This document shows positions 8,413 to 17,902 of a stretch of DNA of 35,822 nt, piece after piece (the stretch's first letter is position 1; each line of letters starts with the position of its first letter). Below the pieces are notes generated by a model, which saw nothing but the letters and a program-made list of their open reading frames with translations, did no database searches and had not been told where the DNA came from. The stretch comes from an uncultured Clostridia bacterium (GTDB lineage: Bacteria > Bacillota > Sulfobacillia > SLMV01), in contig CAYLPL010000001.1 of the NCBI GenBank assembly GCA_964385545.1, positions 1 to 35,822 on the forward strand, in the 5' to 3' direction. A program made the translations under genes and the position numbers.

Positions 8413-10137
8413 GTGTTGAGCGGATACGATTATTCCATTACCTGCAGTGCTTCCCTCGCTGCGCGCATCGAGGGACTCATCCGGGATTCTTTGACCCGGT
8501 ATGTACGAAGAGAGGATTTGCCCGGAGAAGTGGCGGATATTCCCTTTACCGTCGAGAAACCGAAAGACCCCACCCACGGGGAGCTCGCCAGCAACGTCGC
8601 GCTGTCGATGGCAAAGCCCGCCTCGCGGCCACCCAGACAGCTGGCGCAAGGCCTGGCGGAGCACCTGCGCAGGGCCGTTGAGGATGACGAATACATAGCG
8701 GCGGTGGAAGTCGCGGGCCCGGGTTTTATCAATTTTCAAACCACTTCCACCTATTTTGCCGACGTACTCATCGGAATAACGCGCGCGGCGTCGAGTAACG
8801 ACCTGGTCCGGGTTGAGAGCCCAAGGGACATCCTGGTCGAATTCGTAAGTGCCAACCCGACCGGCCCCATGCTGGTAGTAAATGCCCGCGCCGCCGCCTT
8901 GGGCGACGTGTTCTGCCGTCTATTGAACCTCATCGGTCACCGCGCTTCACCCGAATACTACGTAAACGATGCCGGCGGACAGATACGAACCCTCGGTCGC
9001 TCTCTCGAAGCCCGGGTAAGACAGGCGATGGGCGAGGACGTGCCCTTCCCCGAAGATGGGTATCCCGGGGAGTACCTCGTGGATTTGGCCCGGGAATACC
9101 TGAACGAGGAAGGTACACTCGAGGCATCCGGCGACGACATCCTCTGGGAAGGCTTGGGTAGCTGGGCGGCCTCGCGGATCCTCGCGGAACAGCGACGTTT
9201 GCTCGAGCGCTACGGGGTGAGATTCGATCGCTGGTTCCACGAAAGTGAGATTAGGGCGGGTGACAGACCGAAACAAGTACTCGAAACGCTGCGGGAGCGG
9301 GGATACTTATACGAAGATGACGGAGCACTCTGGCTAAAATCGACCGCCTCCGGTGACGACAAGGATCGAGTGTTGGTCAAAAGTGACGGTTCCTACACGT
9401 ATCTCCTTCCCGATCTCGCCTACCACATGGATAAGTTCGACCGGGGTTTCGATAGGTTGATAAACATCTGGGGGCCGGATCACCACGGGTATATAGCACG
9501 CATGCGTGCGGGACTGGCGGCCCTGGGTTATCCCGCCGACGATTTTGAAGTCGTGATTTCCCAGTGGGTTCGTCTCATGTCGGGCGGCCGCGAGGTGAGC
9601 ATGTCCAAGCGGGGCGGGACCTACGTCACCATGGAGGAACTGCTCGACGAAGTGGGTCGGGACGCGGCGCGATTCTTCTTCCTAATGCGTTCGGCAACCT
9701 CGCCGTTGGACTTCGATTTGGACCTGGCCAAAGAACAATCAAACGAGAACCCGGTTTACTACGCGCAGTATGCCCACGCCAGGATTGCGGGCATTCTGGC
9801 CGGCGCGACCCGTCGAGGGGTACCAGTCCCCTCGGCGGCGACAATAGATCGGCCGTCACTGGCTCCCCTGGGAGAGGCCGAAGAGTTGACCCTAATGCGG
9901 CGCCTGGCGGACTTCCCCGGCGAGGTAGTGGCGGCGGCTGAGGCCCTGGAACCGCACCGGCTCGCGGCGTACGTCCTCGAGGTGGCCGCCCTATTCCACT
10001 CCTTTTACACGGAATGTAGAGTGCTCGGCGAGGACCCCGAAGTCACGAGGGCGCGGCTACACCTCTGCCGGGCGACGGCGCGCGTCGTCGCCGAGATCTT
10101 GGCCATGCTCGGTGTGTCGGCTCCAAACGAGATGTGA
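8413..10137 (+). CDS. argS: Arginine--tRNA ligase
   Basis: The class I HIGH-region variant is present (SANPTGPMLVVNARAAALGD), as is the KMSK-like motif (MSKRGGTYV). The anticodon-binding C-terminus reads NPVYYAQYAHARI...LHLCRATARV...LGVSAPNEM. Start is GTG 8413 or TTG 8416, after GGGAGAAGGGG; the longest ORF starts at 8392. Confidence 0.93.
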   Translation: MLSGYDYSITCSASLAARIEGLIRDSLTRYVRREDLPGEVADIPFTVEKPKDPTHGELASNVALSMAKPASRPPRQLAQGLAEHLRRAVEDDEYIAAVEVAGPGFINFQTTSTYFADVLIGITRAASSNDLVRVESPRDILVEFVSANPTGPMLVVNARAAALGDVFCRLLNLIGHRASPEYYVNDAGGQIRTLGRSLEARVRQAMGEDVPFPEDGYPGEYLVDLAREYLNEEGTLEASGDDILWEGLGSWAASRILAEQRRLLERYGVRFDRWFHESEIRAGDRPKQVLETLRERGYLYEDDGALWLKSTASGDDKDRVLVKSDGSYTYLLPDLAYHMDKFDRGFDRLINIWGPDHHGYIARMRAGLAALGYPADDFEVVISQWVRLMSGGREVSMSKRGGTYVTMEELLDEVGRDAARFFFLMRSATSPLDFDLDLAKEQSNENPVYYAQYAHARIAGILAGATRRGVPVPSAATIDRPSLAPLGEAEELTLMRRLADFPGEVVAAAEALEPHRLAAYVLEVAALFHSFYTECRVLGEDPEVTRARLHLCRATARVVAEILAMLGVSAPNEM

Positions 10138-10332
10138 AATGGTAGGCAATGGAGTATACCAGACTGCTCGGATGCTTGCACTGCCAATAAACCTTTCGCA
10201 CTTCCAATTGCGCCAATCTGCGCTGTTATGATCTCCCTGACTGCCCCCAAGGCTGCTTTCTTATCGGGCTGCGGTGCAGTATAGTGTCACTCAAGCACCA
10301 AATTGTACCCGATTTGGCCGGGGAGGGATCAT

Positions 10333-10566
10333 ATGTATCGCAGTAGATACTCGCAATCAGAAGGTATGTCGCCTTTGCGCATATGTGCGGTGATAGGCTT
10401 GCTGGTGGTGCTGGCGGTTCTTGCCGTCATGGCAGCACCGATCCTTCCGGGTTCGAGGACATCCCTCGGTTCGGATTCCCAGCCCGTTGTCGCAGAAGCA
10501 TCTACCCCCATCCCCCGCGATTCCGCGGACTTTTCGATGCGACCGAGGAACCCGAGCGACCTCTAG
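10333..10566 (+). CDS. Hypothetical small membrane protein
   Basis: ATG 10333 lies 5 nt after GGGGAGGG. There is one TM helix (ICAVIGLLVVLAVLAVMAAPIL) followed by a Ser/Pro-rich tail. No family recognised; coding status is uncertain. Confidence 0.4.
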   Translation: MYRSRYSQSEGMSPLRICAVIGLLVVLAVLAVMAAPILPGSRTSLGSDSQPVVAEASTPIPRDSADFSMRPRNPSDL

Positions 10567-10666
10567 GGAATATCTTCGTGGGGAGTACCAAGGTGGAAGA
10601 CTACCACCCATTCAGCCCACGAAGGAGGTCGGAGTCTGGCGAATCCCCTCGCCGGACGTATAGCCC

Positions 10667-12727
10667 ATGACCGAAGCCAATCAGAAGAGGATTCCCACCG
10701 TAGAGGATTATTTCGAGTTCAAGTGTCCCGGTGACCCCCGGGTGTCCCCGGATGGTTCCAGGGTTGTCTATTGCGTTTTGGAGCGAGACCTCGAAGCAGA
10801 TGAGACGAGGAGCAATTTGTATCTTGCGGACCTGGATGGTTCATCGCCCCGGCGATTGACCACGGCGAAAGCGAAGGATACCGCCCCGCGTTGGTCTCCC
10901 GACGGCGAGCGCATCGCCTTCCTTTCCGATCGCGATGGAAAGAACCACGTCTGGGTCATAAATGCCGACGGCGGTGAGGCTGCAAAACTAACCTGCGACG
11001 TAAACCCGAGTGGTCCGGCGATTTGGTCGCCGGACGGGAAGCGGCTGGCGTTTACCGCTCGTGCTTTCCTGCCCGAGGAAGATTGGACGACCTACGCCGG
11101 TGCTCCCGAAGGTGATCGGGAGCGCGCCCTGGCGCGGGCCAGGGGTGAGGAAGACGCCGATGATATCAAAGTCATAACGAGGGCTCGCTATCGTTTCGAC
11201 GGCCAGGGTTACTTCGGCGATCGTCGCGAGCACATCCACGTGGTGGATGCAGATCCCGAGTCCGAGGAGAAGACGCGGGCAATCACCTCCGGTAGCTTCG
11301 ACAACTTCGGTCCGCCGACGTGGTCCCCCGACGGTCGCTGGCTGGTTTTCCCATCGCTTCGCCGCGATGATGCCGATATCCGCGTGGCCATGGATCTTTG
11401 GGCCCACGAGTTAGAGACCGGCCGCGAAGTTCATCTCCTGGAAGGCATGGGAGTCATAAACAACCCGGTGTATTCTCCCCGGGGGGATCGTATAGTTTTC
11501 GCCGGCCACGATGGCAGAGATGGCCCATCCAGCATCGTGGGCCTTTGGGCCATCAGCCCGGATTTGGACTCCGAGGATCCCCTCGCCGTCGTCGACGCAG
11601 TCCACCTCACCGAGAAGTTGGATAGGCCGGTCGGGGTCGGCGGAATAGCATCGGATTTGCGATGCGCACCCACCGGAGCGCCGGTGGTATGGGATAACTC
11701 GGGCGAATCGCTGCTCTTCCTCGCCGCCGATGGGGGTGCGGCCTACGTTTACCGGTCACAACTCGACGGCGAAGTGGAGAAGGTGGCCGGTCGGGACGAT
11801 GCGGTCATTTCTGCCTTCGATTGGGTATCGGGTGTCCTCGTGGTGCAGATGGGCGATGGGAGCAAGCCCGAAGAGGTAATGCTACATGACGCGAGAGGGG
11901 ATGGCTTTGTCCCTATCAGCCGTGCCAATGAAACCCTGCTCGAGAAGCTGCATATTCAGAAGCTGGAAACCTTCGACTACACGGGGGAAGACGGGCTATC
12001 GCTCGAAGGGTTCCTCTTGCGCGCACCGGATGCCCGGGAGGATTCCCCCGCACCCACGGTCCTGCAGGTTCACGGTGGTCCGCACGGTGCCTACGGCCAT
12101 ACCTTCTCCTTTTTGAGTCAGTTGATGGCGACCAATGGATTCAACGTGGTCATGACCAATCCGCGGGGTAGCGGAACCTATGGCACTGAGTTCGCCACCG
12201 CGGTGGTAGAGGACTGGGGCGGCGCCGATATGGGTGATATCCTCGCGGGACTGGACGTGGTATCGGGAATGGGAATCGTCGACGAGGAGCGCATCGGTGT
12301 CGGTGGTTGGAGCTACGGGGGTTTCATGAGTTCGTGGTTGCTCGGGCGAAGTGATAGGTTCGCCGCCGGCGTGGTCGGTGCCCCGGTGGCCGAGAGGTTC
12401 GCCTTTTATGGAACCAGCGACATAGGCCTGACCTTTGGGGAGCATCAATGCGGAGCCAAGCCCTGGGAAGGAGCCGATGCCCTCCTCGAGCGTTCCCCGA
12501 TAATCAATGCGGATCAAATCACGGCACCGGTGTTGTTGCTACACGGGGAGGCCGACCTGCGCTGTCCCGTGGCGCAAAGTGAACAACTCTTCGCTGCCCT
12601 CAAGAGACTGGAACGCGAGGTAGCCATGGTGGTTTACCCCGGAGAAAGCCACGGGGTGCGAGGACCGGTTCACGTCCGAGATCGCTACCTGCGGACGCTC
12701 AAGTGGTACCAACACTACTTGGTCTGA
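10667..12727 (+). CDS. S9-family serine peptidase (prolyl oligopeptidase/acylaminoacyl-peptidase type) with N-terminal beta-propeller
   Basis: TolB-like propeller repeats recur (SPDGSRVVY, WSPDGERIAFLSDRDG, WSPDGKRLAF, WSPDGRWLVF, YSPRGDRIVFAG). The alpha/beta hydrolase domain carries the nucleophile GWSYGGFM, then HGEADLRCP and GESHGV. An in-frame TAG immediately precedes the ATG, and there is no clear SD. Confidence 0.88.
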   Translation: MTEANQKRIPTVEDYFEFKCPGDPRVSPDGSRVVYCVLERDLEADETRSNLYLADLDGSSPRRLTTAKAKDTAPRWSPDGERIAFLSDRDGKNHVWVINADGGEAAKLTCDVNPSGPAIWSPDGKRLAFTARAFLPEEDWTTYAGAPEGDRERALARARGEEDADDIKVITRARYRFDGQGYFGDRREHIHVVDADPESEEKTRAITSGSFDNFGPPTWSPDGRWLVFPSLRRDDADIRVAMDLWAHELETGREVHLLEGMGVINNPVYSPRGDRIVFAGHDGRDGPSSIVGLWAISPDLDSEDPLAVVDAVHLTEKLDRPVGVGGIASDLRCAPTGAPVVWDNSGESLLFLAADGGAAYVYRSQLDGEVEKVAGRDDAVISAFDWVSGVLVVQMGDGSKPEEVMLHDARGDGFVPISRANETLLEKLHIQKLETFDYTGEDGLSLEGFLLRAPDAREDSPAPTVLQVHGGPHGAYGHTFSFLSQLMATNGFNVVMTNPRGSGTYGTEFATAVVEDWGGADMGDILAGLDVVSGMGIVDEERIGVGGWSYGGFMSSWLLGRSDRFAAGVVGAPVAERFAFYGTSDIGLTFGEHQCGAKPWEGADALLERSPIINADQITAPVLLLHGEADLRCPVAQSEQLFAALKRLEREVAMVVYPGESHGVRGPVHVRDRYLRTLKWYQHYLV

Positions 12728-13548
12728 CCGGAGCGTTCTCGGCGCAGGATGTGACGTGTTATACAAGAGTTCGGAACCAGGAGGGTGCCGTCGCGAGTAT
12801 CGAGGTGCGTGTGGGTCCATCCGATGCACACTACGGTGCCCTCGGTTTCCATATCCTCGAGGATGAAGATGCCGTCGCCGCGGGTGAGGTGGGCCTTTAG
12901 CATTTGCGAGGCCAGCAGGTTCTCCGCCAGGTCCCTACCACCCAGGCCGAAGGCTATGACGGCCGCCGCCGGGATGGCCCCCAGGAGCACGGAAAAGCCC
13001 AACGATGTCGCCGATCCCCCGAGCCCCAAATGCTCGACTGAGATCAGGATCGCGAGTCCGATCACCGCGAGACGAACCAACCCGCCGATCAAACCTGCAA
13101 GCGGCATCCTAACCGTTTTCGCCGCGCTTTCGGCCAAAGATCCCAAGAAGCTCGCAAGCTTTGTGCCCACCGCCAGTACCGCCACGGTTATGGCGAGGGT
13201 GGGGATCGTGGCTATGGCCCGTTGCGTTATCTCCATTGCGCCTCTCACCCGAAGAATGTCCAGCGCAACTATCGACGCCGTCAGTAGTACCGCCCAATAG
13301 GCCAGGGCTCCAAGGATGCGGGAAGGGCGCTCCCCTTCGGCGCCCGCGCGCAGTTCGCGCGCGAGGACATCGGTTCCGAGTAGCCGGGCTAAGATGGCGA
13401 CGAGTTTCCTTAGGATGAGGGCCATCGCCCAGCCGACAATCAGAACCGAAGCCGCGGCGCTTGCCGAGGCAACGTCAAACAGTCCGGGCTGAAATAGGCG
13501 GGCGAGTGATTGGGCGATCGTCGACAGCACTTTTGATACCCCCTCCAT
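12715..13548 (-). CDS. MscS-like small mechanosensitive channel / conserved-TM-helix-repeat protein
   Basis: Several TM helices are followed by a C-terminal beta-domain-like segment (GDGIFILEDMETEGTVVCIGWTHTHLDTRDGTLLVPNS). The call is from memory of MscS/TM_helix families. The 3' end overlaps the convergent peptidase gene by 13 nt. It sits 20 nt downstream of the MFS gene, so the two probably form an operon. Confidence 0.6.
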   Translation of the reverse strand: MEGVSKVLSTIAQSLARLFQPGLFDVASASAAASVLIVGWAMALILRKLVAILARLLGTDVLARELRAGAEGERPSRILGALAYWAVLLTASIVALDILRVRGAMEITQRAIATIPTLAITVAVLAVGTKLASFLGSLAESAAKTVRMPLAGLIGGLVRLAVIGLAILISVEHLGLGGSATSLGFSVLLGAIPAAAVIAFGLGGRDLAENLLASQMLKAHLTRGDGIFILEDMETEGTVVCIGWTHTHLDTRDGTLLVPNSCITRHILRRERSGQTK

Positions 13549-13568
13549 ATGCTTCCCTACGGAGTATC

Positions 13569-15245
13569 TTATTCCTTAAGCCAGCGAATCAAGCCCTCGA
13601 TCATTACGATTGCGATACCCATGAATTTTTCCACTCGGCGCTCCACGGTTTCGACGATATCCTCGACTCGGCGTTCCATTCTCCGGTAACTCAGGAGGAT
13701 TCCCTGGATGGTACGCTGCCCACGCTCCATGGCTCGCTCCATGCGCATCTCGGCCACGTTGGTCCCGTTGGATATGGATCCCATCAAGGATTCCATTCTC
13801 CCGACGCCGTAACCGACGAAGCGGCGACGACCGCCGGCCTCCCGCAGCTGGCGCAGGGCGCGCAGCGGGTTGGCGACCTCGACCTCATCCGGCACGCGCA
13901 CCTGCCAAAGCAGTGTCACCGAAAGCATTCGCAGTATCGTCGTGATCAGAAAGAGGATCTGCAGCCCAACCAAGTTGCCGCCCCAGGGTAAGGAGATGGC
14001 AATCCCGTCCAGGTGGCCGGCGAGGAGTCCACCGATCCCGGGTGCCGCGGCTTCCGCCAATCCAACCAAAGCGGCGAAGACTCCGAAGTATACCGCCGCC
14101 ACTTCAGGAGGAGCCATCTTGATCAGTAGCGTCGACGTCACCAGGCCGATGGATGCCCAGGCCAGGGGCGTCAAGGTGTTGACCAGCCAAAGGATCCGAT
14201 AGCTTTCGGGCGAGGTAAAGATCCAAAGCAGGGGAGTCAGGGCGGCCAGAATACAGCCGGCCAAAAGCACCGGCTTGTTGCCGCGCAGATCCGACATTGG
14301 ACCCCAAAACCTCATGCCGAGTATGTTCCATATCCCCGCCGCCACTCCGAGGAGGGCTATCGTGGAAAAGGGTACGGCCAGATCTCGAATCATGTAGACG
14401 TCGAAAAAGGGTGCCGCAAGGCGTACGGAGAATCCCCAGCAGATCATAAACACCAAGACGCGGCGGAAGTTGGCGTCCGCCAAAGGTAGCCGTAAGTCTG
14501 CGAGAAAACTCCCCGGGCGAGGTGGGGGAGGATCGGATTCCCCGATGCGGCGCAAAACGAACCAACACAGCAGGCCAAAGACCAGGGCAAGCGCGTATAT
14601 CGTGACGTAGGCGAAGGGCAAATCCGTCTCGATTTCGGCCTTCCAATAATCCAGGAATCGTCCCACGGCCAATCCCGAAATCATGGCCACCGCTCCCGCC
14701 ACGACGTTGCGCCGCGCGAAGAATCTCCCCCTGATGTGACGGGGTACCACCCGCGCTATCCAGGCGAGCCACGATACGTTGGTGAAGGAGGCGAAGGCGC
14801 TGGCTATGGCTATGCCCAAAAGGAGGTACATTGCGGCGTGGTTCGTGGGGAGTCCGACCAAAGGAATGGCGGCGATGAAGAACCACGAGACGCGGTGCGC
14901 CATCAGTGATACGAGGCACAGGGTCCGGGCTGAACCAGACCGCACCAAAAAGTAACTGCCCACAAGCTGCAGTACGTTGGCCAGGGAGGGAAGGGCGGCA
15001 ATCACGCCGATCATGGCGTCGGTGGCCCCCAGCGCCAGGGCGAATCCCGTGAGGTATACCCCGGTAGTCACCGTCGTCATCATAGAGCCCAGTGCGCCTT
15101 CGATCACGAAGTTTTTGAGGTCCTTTTCCGTCGAAGGCGACGGCGTCGATAGCGGTGACAGGGGACGACCCTCCAGTCCGATGAGTTCCATTCGCTCCCT
15201 GCGTGCCTGCAGGGAGCGAATGGCTGATTTCGTCTTCAGTCCCAT
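13569..15245 (-). CDS. MFS transporter with a ~100-aa charged C-terminal extension
   Basis: About 12 predicted TM helices follow the MFS pattern. The tail after the last TM is Arg/Glu-rich (RMERAMERGQR...YRRMERRVEDIVETVERRVEKF) and ends in a hydrophobic helix. The start is uncertain: ATG 15245 has no SD, and ATG 15191 follows AGGGAG. Confidence 0.75.
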   Translation of the reverse strand: MGLKTKSAIRSLQARRERMELIGLEGRPLSPLSTPSPSTEKDLKNFVIEGALGSMMTTVTTGVYLTGFALALGATDAMIGVIAALPSLANVLQLVGSYFLVRSGSARTLCLVSLMAHRVSWFFIAAIPLVGLPTNHAAMYLLLGIAIASAFASFTNVSWLAWIARVVPRHIRGRFFARRNVVAGAVAMISGLAVGRFLDYWKAEIETDLPFAYVTIYALALVFGLLCWFVLRRIGESDPPPPRPGSFLADLRLPLADANFRRVLVFMICWGFSVRLAAPFFDVYMIRDLAVPFSTIALLGVAAGIWNILGMRFWGPMSDLRGNKPVLLAGCILAALTPLLWIFTSPESYRILWLVNTLTPLAWASIGLVTSTLLIKMAPPEVAAVYFGVFAALVGLAEAAAPGIGGLLAGHLDGIAISLPWGGNLVGLQILFLITTILRMLSVTLLWQVRVPDEVEVANPLRALRQLREAGGRRRFVGYGVGRMESLMGSISNGTNVAEMRMERAMERGQRTIQGILLSYRRMERRVEDIVETVERRVEKFMGIAIVMIEGLIRWLKE

Positions 15246-15403
15246 CGCGGGTGCATGCTCGAGCCTGGCGAGTGTACAGTGCCGTCATCTGCAGATAAAG
15301 ACCGCGTTTACATAATTGCCGCGAAATGCGTGCCGGTTCGATCCCGGTGCCATAATCCGCGGGTGCTTATCTCGAGCGGGGGTCTTCACCCCCCGTGACA
15401 ACG

Positions 15404-15432
15404 TTGACTAGCCCTGCCGCCAGGAATAGAAT
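15404..15432 (+). promoter_or_regulatory. Candidate sigma-A promoter of pyrG
   Basis: TTGACT (15404-15409), a 17-nt spacer, then TAGAAT (15427-15432). A GGGC run (15439-15442) begins 7 nt downstream of the -10. Confidence 0.55.
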
Positions 15433-15570
15433 GAGCGTGGGCACCAAGTCGGGTAGCCCCCGGCAACCGGGCCCATTTTCTTTAGAAGACTTCATCTTCG
15501 GCCCGGTGCCTCCTCCATTGCGTTCCTTAGAATATCAATTCCTCTCCAGAGGTGACAGGAGGCCGTTTTA

Positions 15571-17196
15571 ATGGGGAAGTTCATATTTGTTACCGGAGGT
15601 GTGCTCTCGGGCCTGGGCAAAGGCATAACCGCGGCTTCATTGGGCCGGCTCCTAAAGAGCCGCGGGTTGAAAGTGGCGATAATGAAGCTGGATCCTTACA
15701 TCAACGTGGATCCCGGCACCATGAGTCCTTTGCAGCATGGTGAGGTTTTCGTCACCGAAGACGGAGCCGAGACTGACCTGGATTTAGGTCATTACGAGAG
15801 ATTCATAGACGAGAACCTCAGCCAGGATCACAATGTGACCACCGGCGGCGTATATTCGAGCGTCATCGAGCGGGAGCGGCGAGGTGAATTCCTGGGTGCC
15901 ACCGTCCAGGTGATACCCCACATAACCGACGAGATCAAAGCCCGGATAGAGAAGGTGGCTGCCTTTCCCGACACGGACGTGGTGATAGCCGAGATCGGGG
16001 GTACGGTCGGCGACATCGAGAGCCAGCCCTTCCTGGAGGCAATACGCCAGATGAAGGTGGACGCGGGACGGCGCGGAGTTTTGTACGTTCACGTGACCCT
16101 GGTACCCTACATAGAGGCCGCCGGCGAATTGAAGACGAAGCCCACCCAGCATTCGGTGTCCTCTCTTCGAGGTATCGGAATAGCCCCGGACGTCATCGTC
16201 TGCCGCTCGGTACGCTCCCTCGACCAGGATGTCATATCCAAGCTCGCCCTATTTTGCGACGTGCGCAAAGAGGCGGTCATCGCCAATTCGGACACCGCCA
16301 CTATCTACGAGGTCCCCCTGATGCTGGAGGATCAGGGATTGGGTGATTTGGTCATGGACCACTTCGGTTTCGAGCCCGCCGCCAAGGATCTGTCGGACTG
16401 GCGCGCCATGGTGGACGGCTTTAAGCATCCCGATGGAGATGTCAGGGTGGCCATCGTGGGCAAATATGTCCATCTGCACGATGCCTACATGTCGGTCGTT
16501 GAAGCCCTGGTTCACGCGGGAATCCACCACGGAGTCAACGTAAAGATCGACTGGGTGGATTCCGAGACCCTGGAATCTAGGGATCCGGAGATCGTCGAGT
16601 CCCGCCTGAGGGAGAGCTTCGGTGATGTCGCAGGAATTGTGGTGCCAGGAGGATTCGGGTATCGCGGCATAGAGGGTAAGATCGAGGCCATTAGGTATGC
16701 CCGCGAGAACCGGGTGCCCTTCCTGGGACTTTGCCTGGGTTTGCAATGCTCCGTGATAGAGTTCGCGCGCAATGTGGTCGGTTTGGAGCGGGCCAACAGC
16801 ACGGAATTCGATCATGATGCCCCTCATCCCGTCATAGATTTGATGCCGGAGCAAAAGGACCTGGACCGCCTCGGCGGGACCATGAGGCTCGGTACGTACC
16901 CCTGCGAGCTGGCTCCCGACAGCCTCGCGGCCCGGGCATACGGGCAATCCATGGTGCAAGAGAGACATCGCCATCGTTACGAAATCAACAACGAGTATCG
17001 CGACGCTTTGGCGCGTGCGGGACTGCGGGCCACCGGGGTATGGCCGGAGGCCGATCTGGTGGAAATCATGGAGATCGAGGATCATCCCTGGTTTTTGGGC
17101 GTCCAATTCCATCCCGAGTTTAAGTCCCGACCCAATCGCGTACATCCCCTCTTCAGAGATTTCCTCGGTTCTGCCTTGCGCGAAGCCAAAATGTAA
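15571..17196 (+). CDS. pyrG: CTP synthase
   Basis: [25 protein letters not shown] is the canonical N-terminus. The glutaminase domain has GLCLGLQ (Cys nucleophile) and a VQFHPEF context. 541 aa; ATG lies 8 nt after AGGAGG. Confidence 0.97.
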   Translation: MGKFIFVTGGVLSGLGKGITAASLGRLLKSRGLKVAIMKLDPYINVDPGTMSPLQHGEVFVTEDGAETDLDLGHYERFIDENLSQDHNVTTGGVYSSVIERERRGEFLGATVQVIPHITDEIKARIEKVAAFPDTDVVIAEIGGTVGDIESQPFLEAIRQMKVDAGRRGVLYVHVTLVPYIEAAGELKTKPTQHSVSSLRGIGIAPDVIVCRSVRSLDQDVISKLALFCDVRKEAVIANSDTATIYEVPLMLEDQGLGDLVMDHFGFEPAAKDLSDWRAMVDGFKHPDGDVRVAIVGKYVHLHDAYMSVVEALVHAGIHHGVNVKIDWVDSETLESRDPEIVESRLRESFGDVAGIVVPGGFGYRGIEGKIEAIRYARENRVPFLGLCLGLQCSVIEFARNVVGLERANSTEFDHDAPHPVIDLMPEQKDLDRLGGTMRLGTYPCELAPDSLAARAYGQSMVQERHRHRYEINNEYRDALARAGLRATGVWPEADLVEIMEIEDHPWFLGVQFHPEFKSRPNRVHPLFRDFLGSALREAKM

Positions 17197-17215
17197 GTTC
17201 CTCCAATGGACTACC

Positions 17216-17247
17216 GAGGTGCCCGGGCTACGATATCCGGGCACCTC
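17216..17247 (+). terminator. Stem-loop downstream of pyrG (probable terminator)
   Basis: A perfect 11-bp stem pairs GAGGTGCCCGG (17216-17226) with CCGGGCACCTC (17237-17247) across a 10-nt loop, 20 nt after the pyrG stop. The T-rich stretch (CTTATTTG) is displaced a few nt downstream. Confidence 0.5.
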
Positions 17248-17351
17248 GCGTGCACTTATTTGCTCACCTCCGAAATGCGTTGCTTCCCCAGCTGGCACCC
17301 ACTAAACCGGCGGAGGAATCCCATGTCCCCGGCGCGCAATACAAAGGGTTC

Positions 17352-17420
17352 TTGACGGGCAAAAATGCAACTGATAACATAACAGGTTTTATTGACCGCT
17401 CATGCGCAAAATGCTAAACT
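17352..17420 (+). promoter_or_regulatory. Two tandem candidate sigma-A promoters upstream of veg
   Basis: P1 is TTGACG (17352-17357), 17 nt, TAACAT (17375-17380). P2 is TTGACC (17392-17397), 17 nt, TGcTAAACT (extended -10, 17412-17420). The region is locally AT-rich. Confidence 0.45.
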
Positions 17421-17454
17421 TGAAAAGGTAATTTAATGCCTGCGCACTTGAGGG

Positions 17455-17751
17455 GTGGATATATTGAACAGAGACCATCGACCCATCAGTCTGTCCCAGA
17501 TTCGTCATCATCTCGAGGAGTACCTCGGGAAATCGGTCACCGTTAAGGCAAACCGGGGAAGAAGACGTATCGTCGAAAGACAGGGTACGCTGGAGAAGAC
17601 CTATCCCGATGTCTTCTTGGTCCGCCTCGGAGCCTCTCAGCACAACCGCAGCATATCATTTACCTATGCCGACGTATTGACTTCCGACGTCGAAGTATTG
17701 ATCTGTGGCGAGGGAGAGCCGCAGAAGTTGGAGATCAGCGCCGGTTCCTGA
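17455..17751 (+). CDS. veg: Veg protein (biofilm/sporulation-associated small DNA-binding protein)
   Basis: SLSQIRHHLEEYLGKSVTVKANRGRRRIVERQGTLEKTYPDVFLVRL...SFTYADVLTSDVEV aligns closely with B. subtilis Veg as I remember it ([35 protein letters not shown]...SYSYADILTETVEL). Start is GTG 17455 or TTG 17464, after GAGGGG. Confidence 0.9.
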   Translation: MDILNRDHRPISLSQIRHHLEEYLGKSVTVKANRGRRRIVERQGTLEKTYPDVFLVRLGASQHNRSISFTYADVLTSDVEVLICGEGEPQKLEISAGS

Positions 17752-17776
17752 CGCTGGAATTCTTTATCGTGGGTTT

Positions 17777-17813
17777 GGGGGGACGAGGTTGCTCGTCTCC
17801 CCTCGATCTTTTT
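17777..17813 (+). terminator. Rho-independent terminator after veg
   Basis: GGGGGGACGAG (17777-17787) pairs with CTCGTCTCCCC (17792-17802), including one G-U pair, across a GTTG loop. A CTTTTT tract follows by 17813. Confidence 0.6.
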
Positions 17814-17902
17814 ACGGCATCCCTTCGCCACCCCCATCTTCTCGCGGGACAGACTAGGATGTATCATGGTTCCGTGGGCCATGGGATCAAATCGCGAAGG
17901 GG

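Noticed and set aside
10138-10332. A low-GC 195-nt gap after argS, with a TGGTATACT extended -10-like element on the minus strand (about 10154-10162). It might indicate an antisense RNA or small RNA gene.
   Set aside because: There is no acceptable -35, no terminator and no recognisable RNA family motif. The evidence is too weak to call.
14104-15288. Long ORFs overlapping real genes in another frame or on the opposite strand. Examples are 14104..15288 (394 aa), 16249..17298 (349 aa), 21536..22363 (275 aa), 26962..27759 (265 aa), 7575..8291, 27930..28592, 29891..30553 and 28946..29695.
   Set aside because: All lie inside genes with unmistakable conserved products (MFS, pyrG, glmU, mfd and others). 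Their translations are Arg/Pro/Gly/Ser-rich low-complexity sequence. This is typical of shadow ORFs in GC-rich DNA.
15331-15359. A tRNA T-arm look-alike, GCCGG-TTCGATC-CCGGT followed by GCCATAAT. It could be a tRNA gene or the 3' tRNA remnant of an integration (att) site.
   Set aside because: There is no complementary 5' acceptor strand (TTATGGC) about 48-60 nt upstream. I could not build a D-arm or anticodon arm, there is no CCA, and no integrase or mobile genes lie nearby. It is most likely chance similarity within the MFS/pyrG divergent promoter region.
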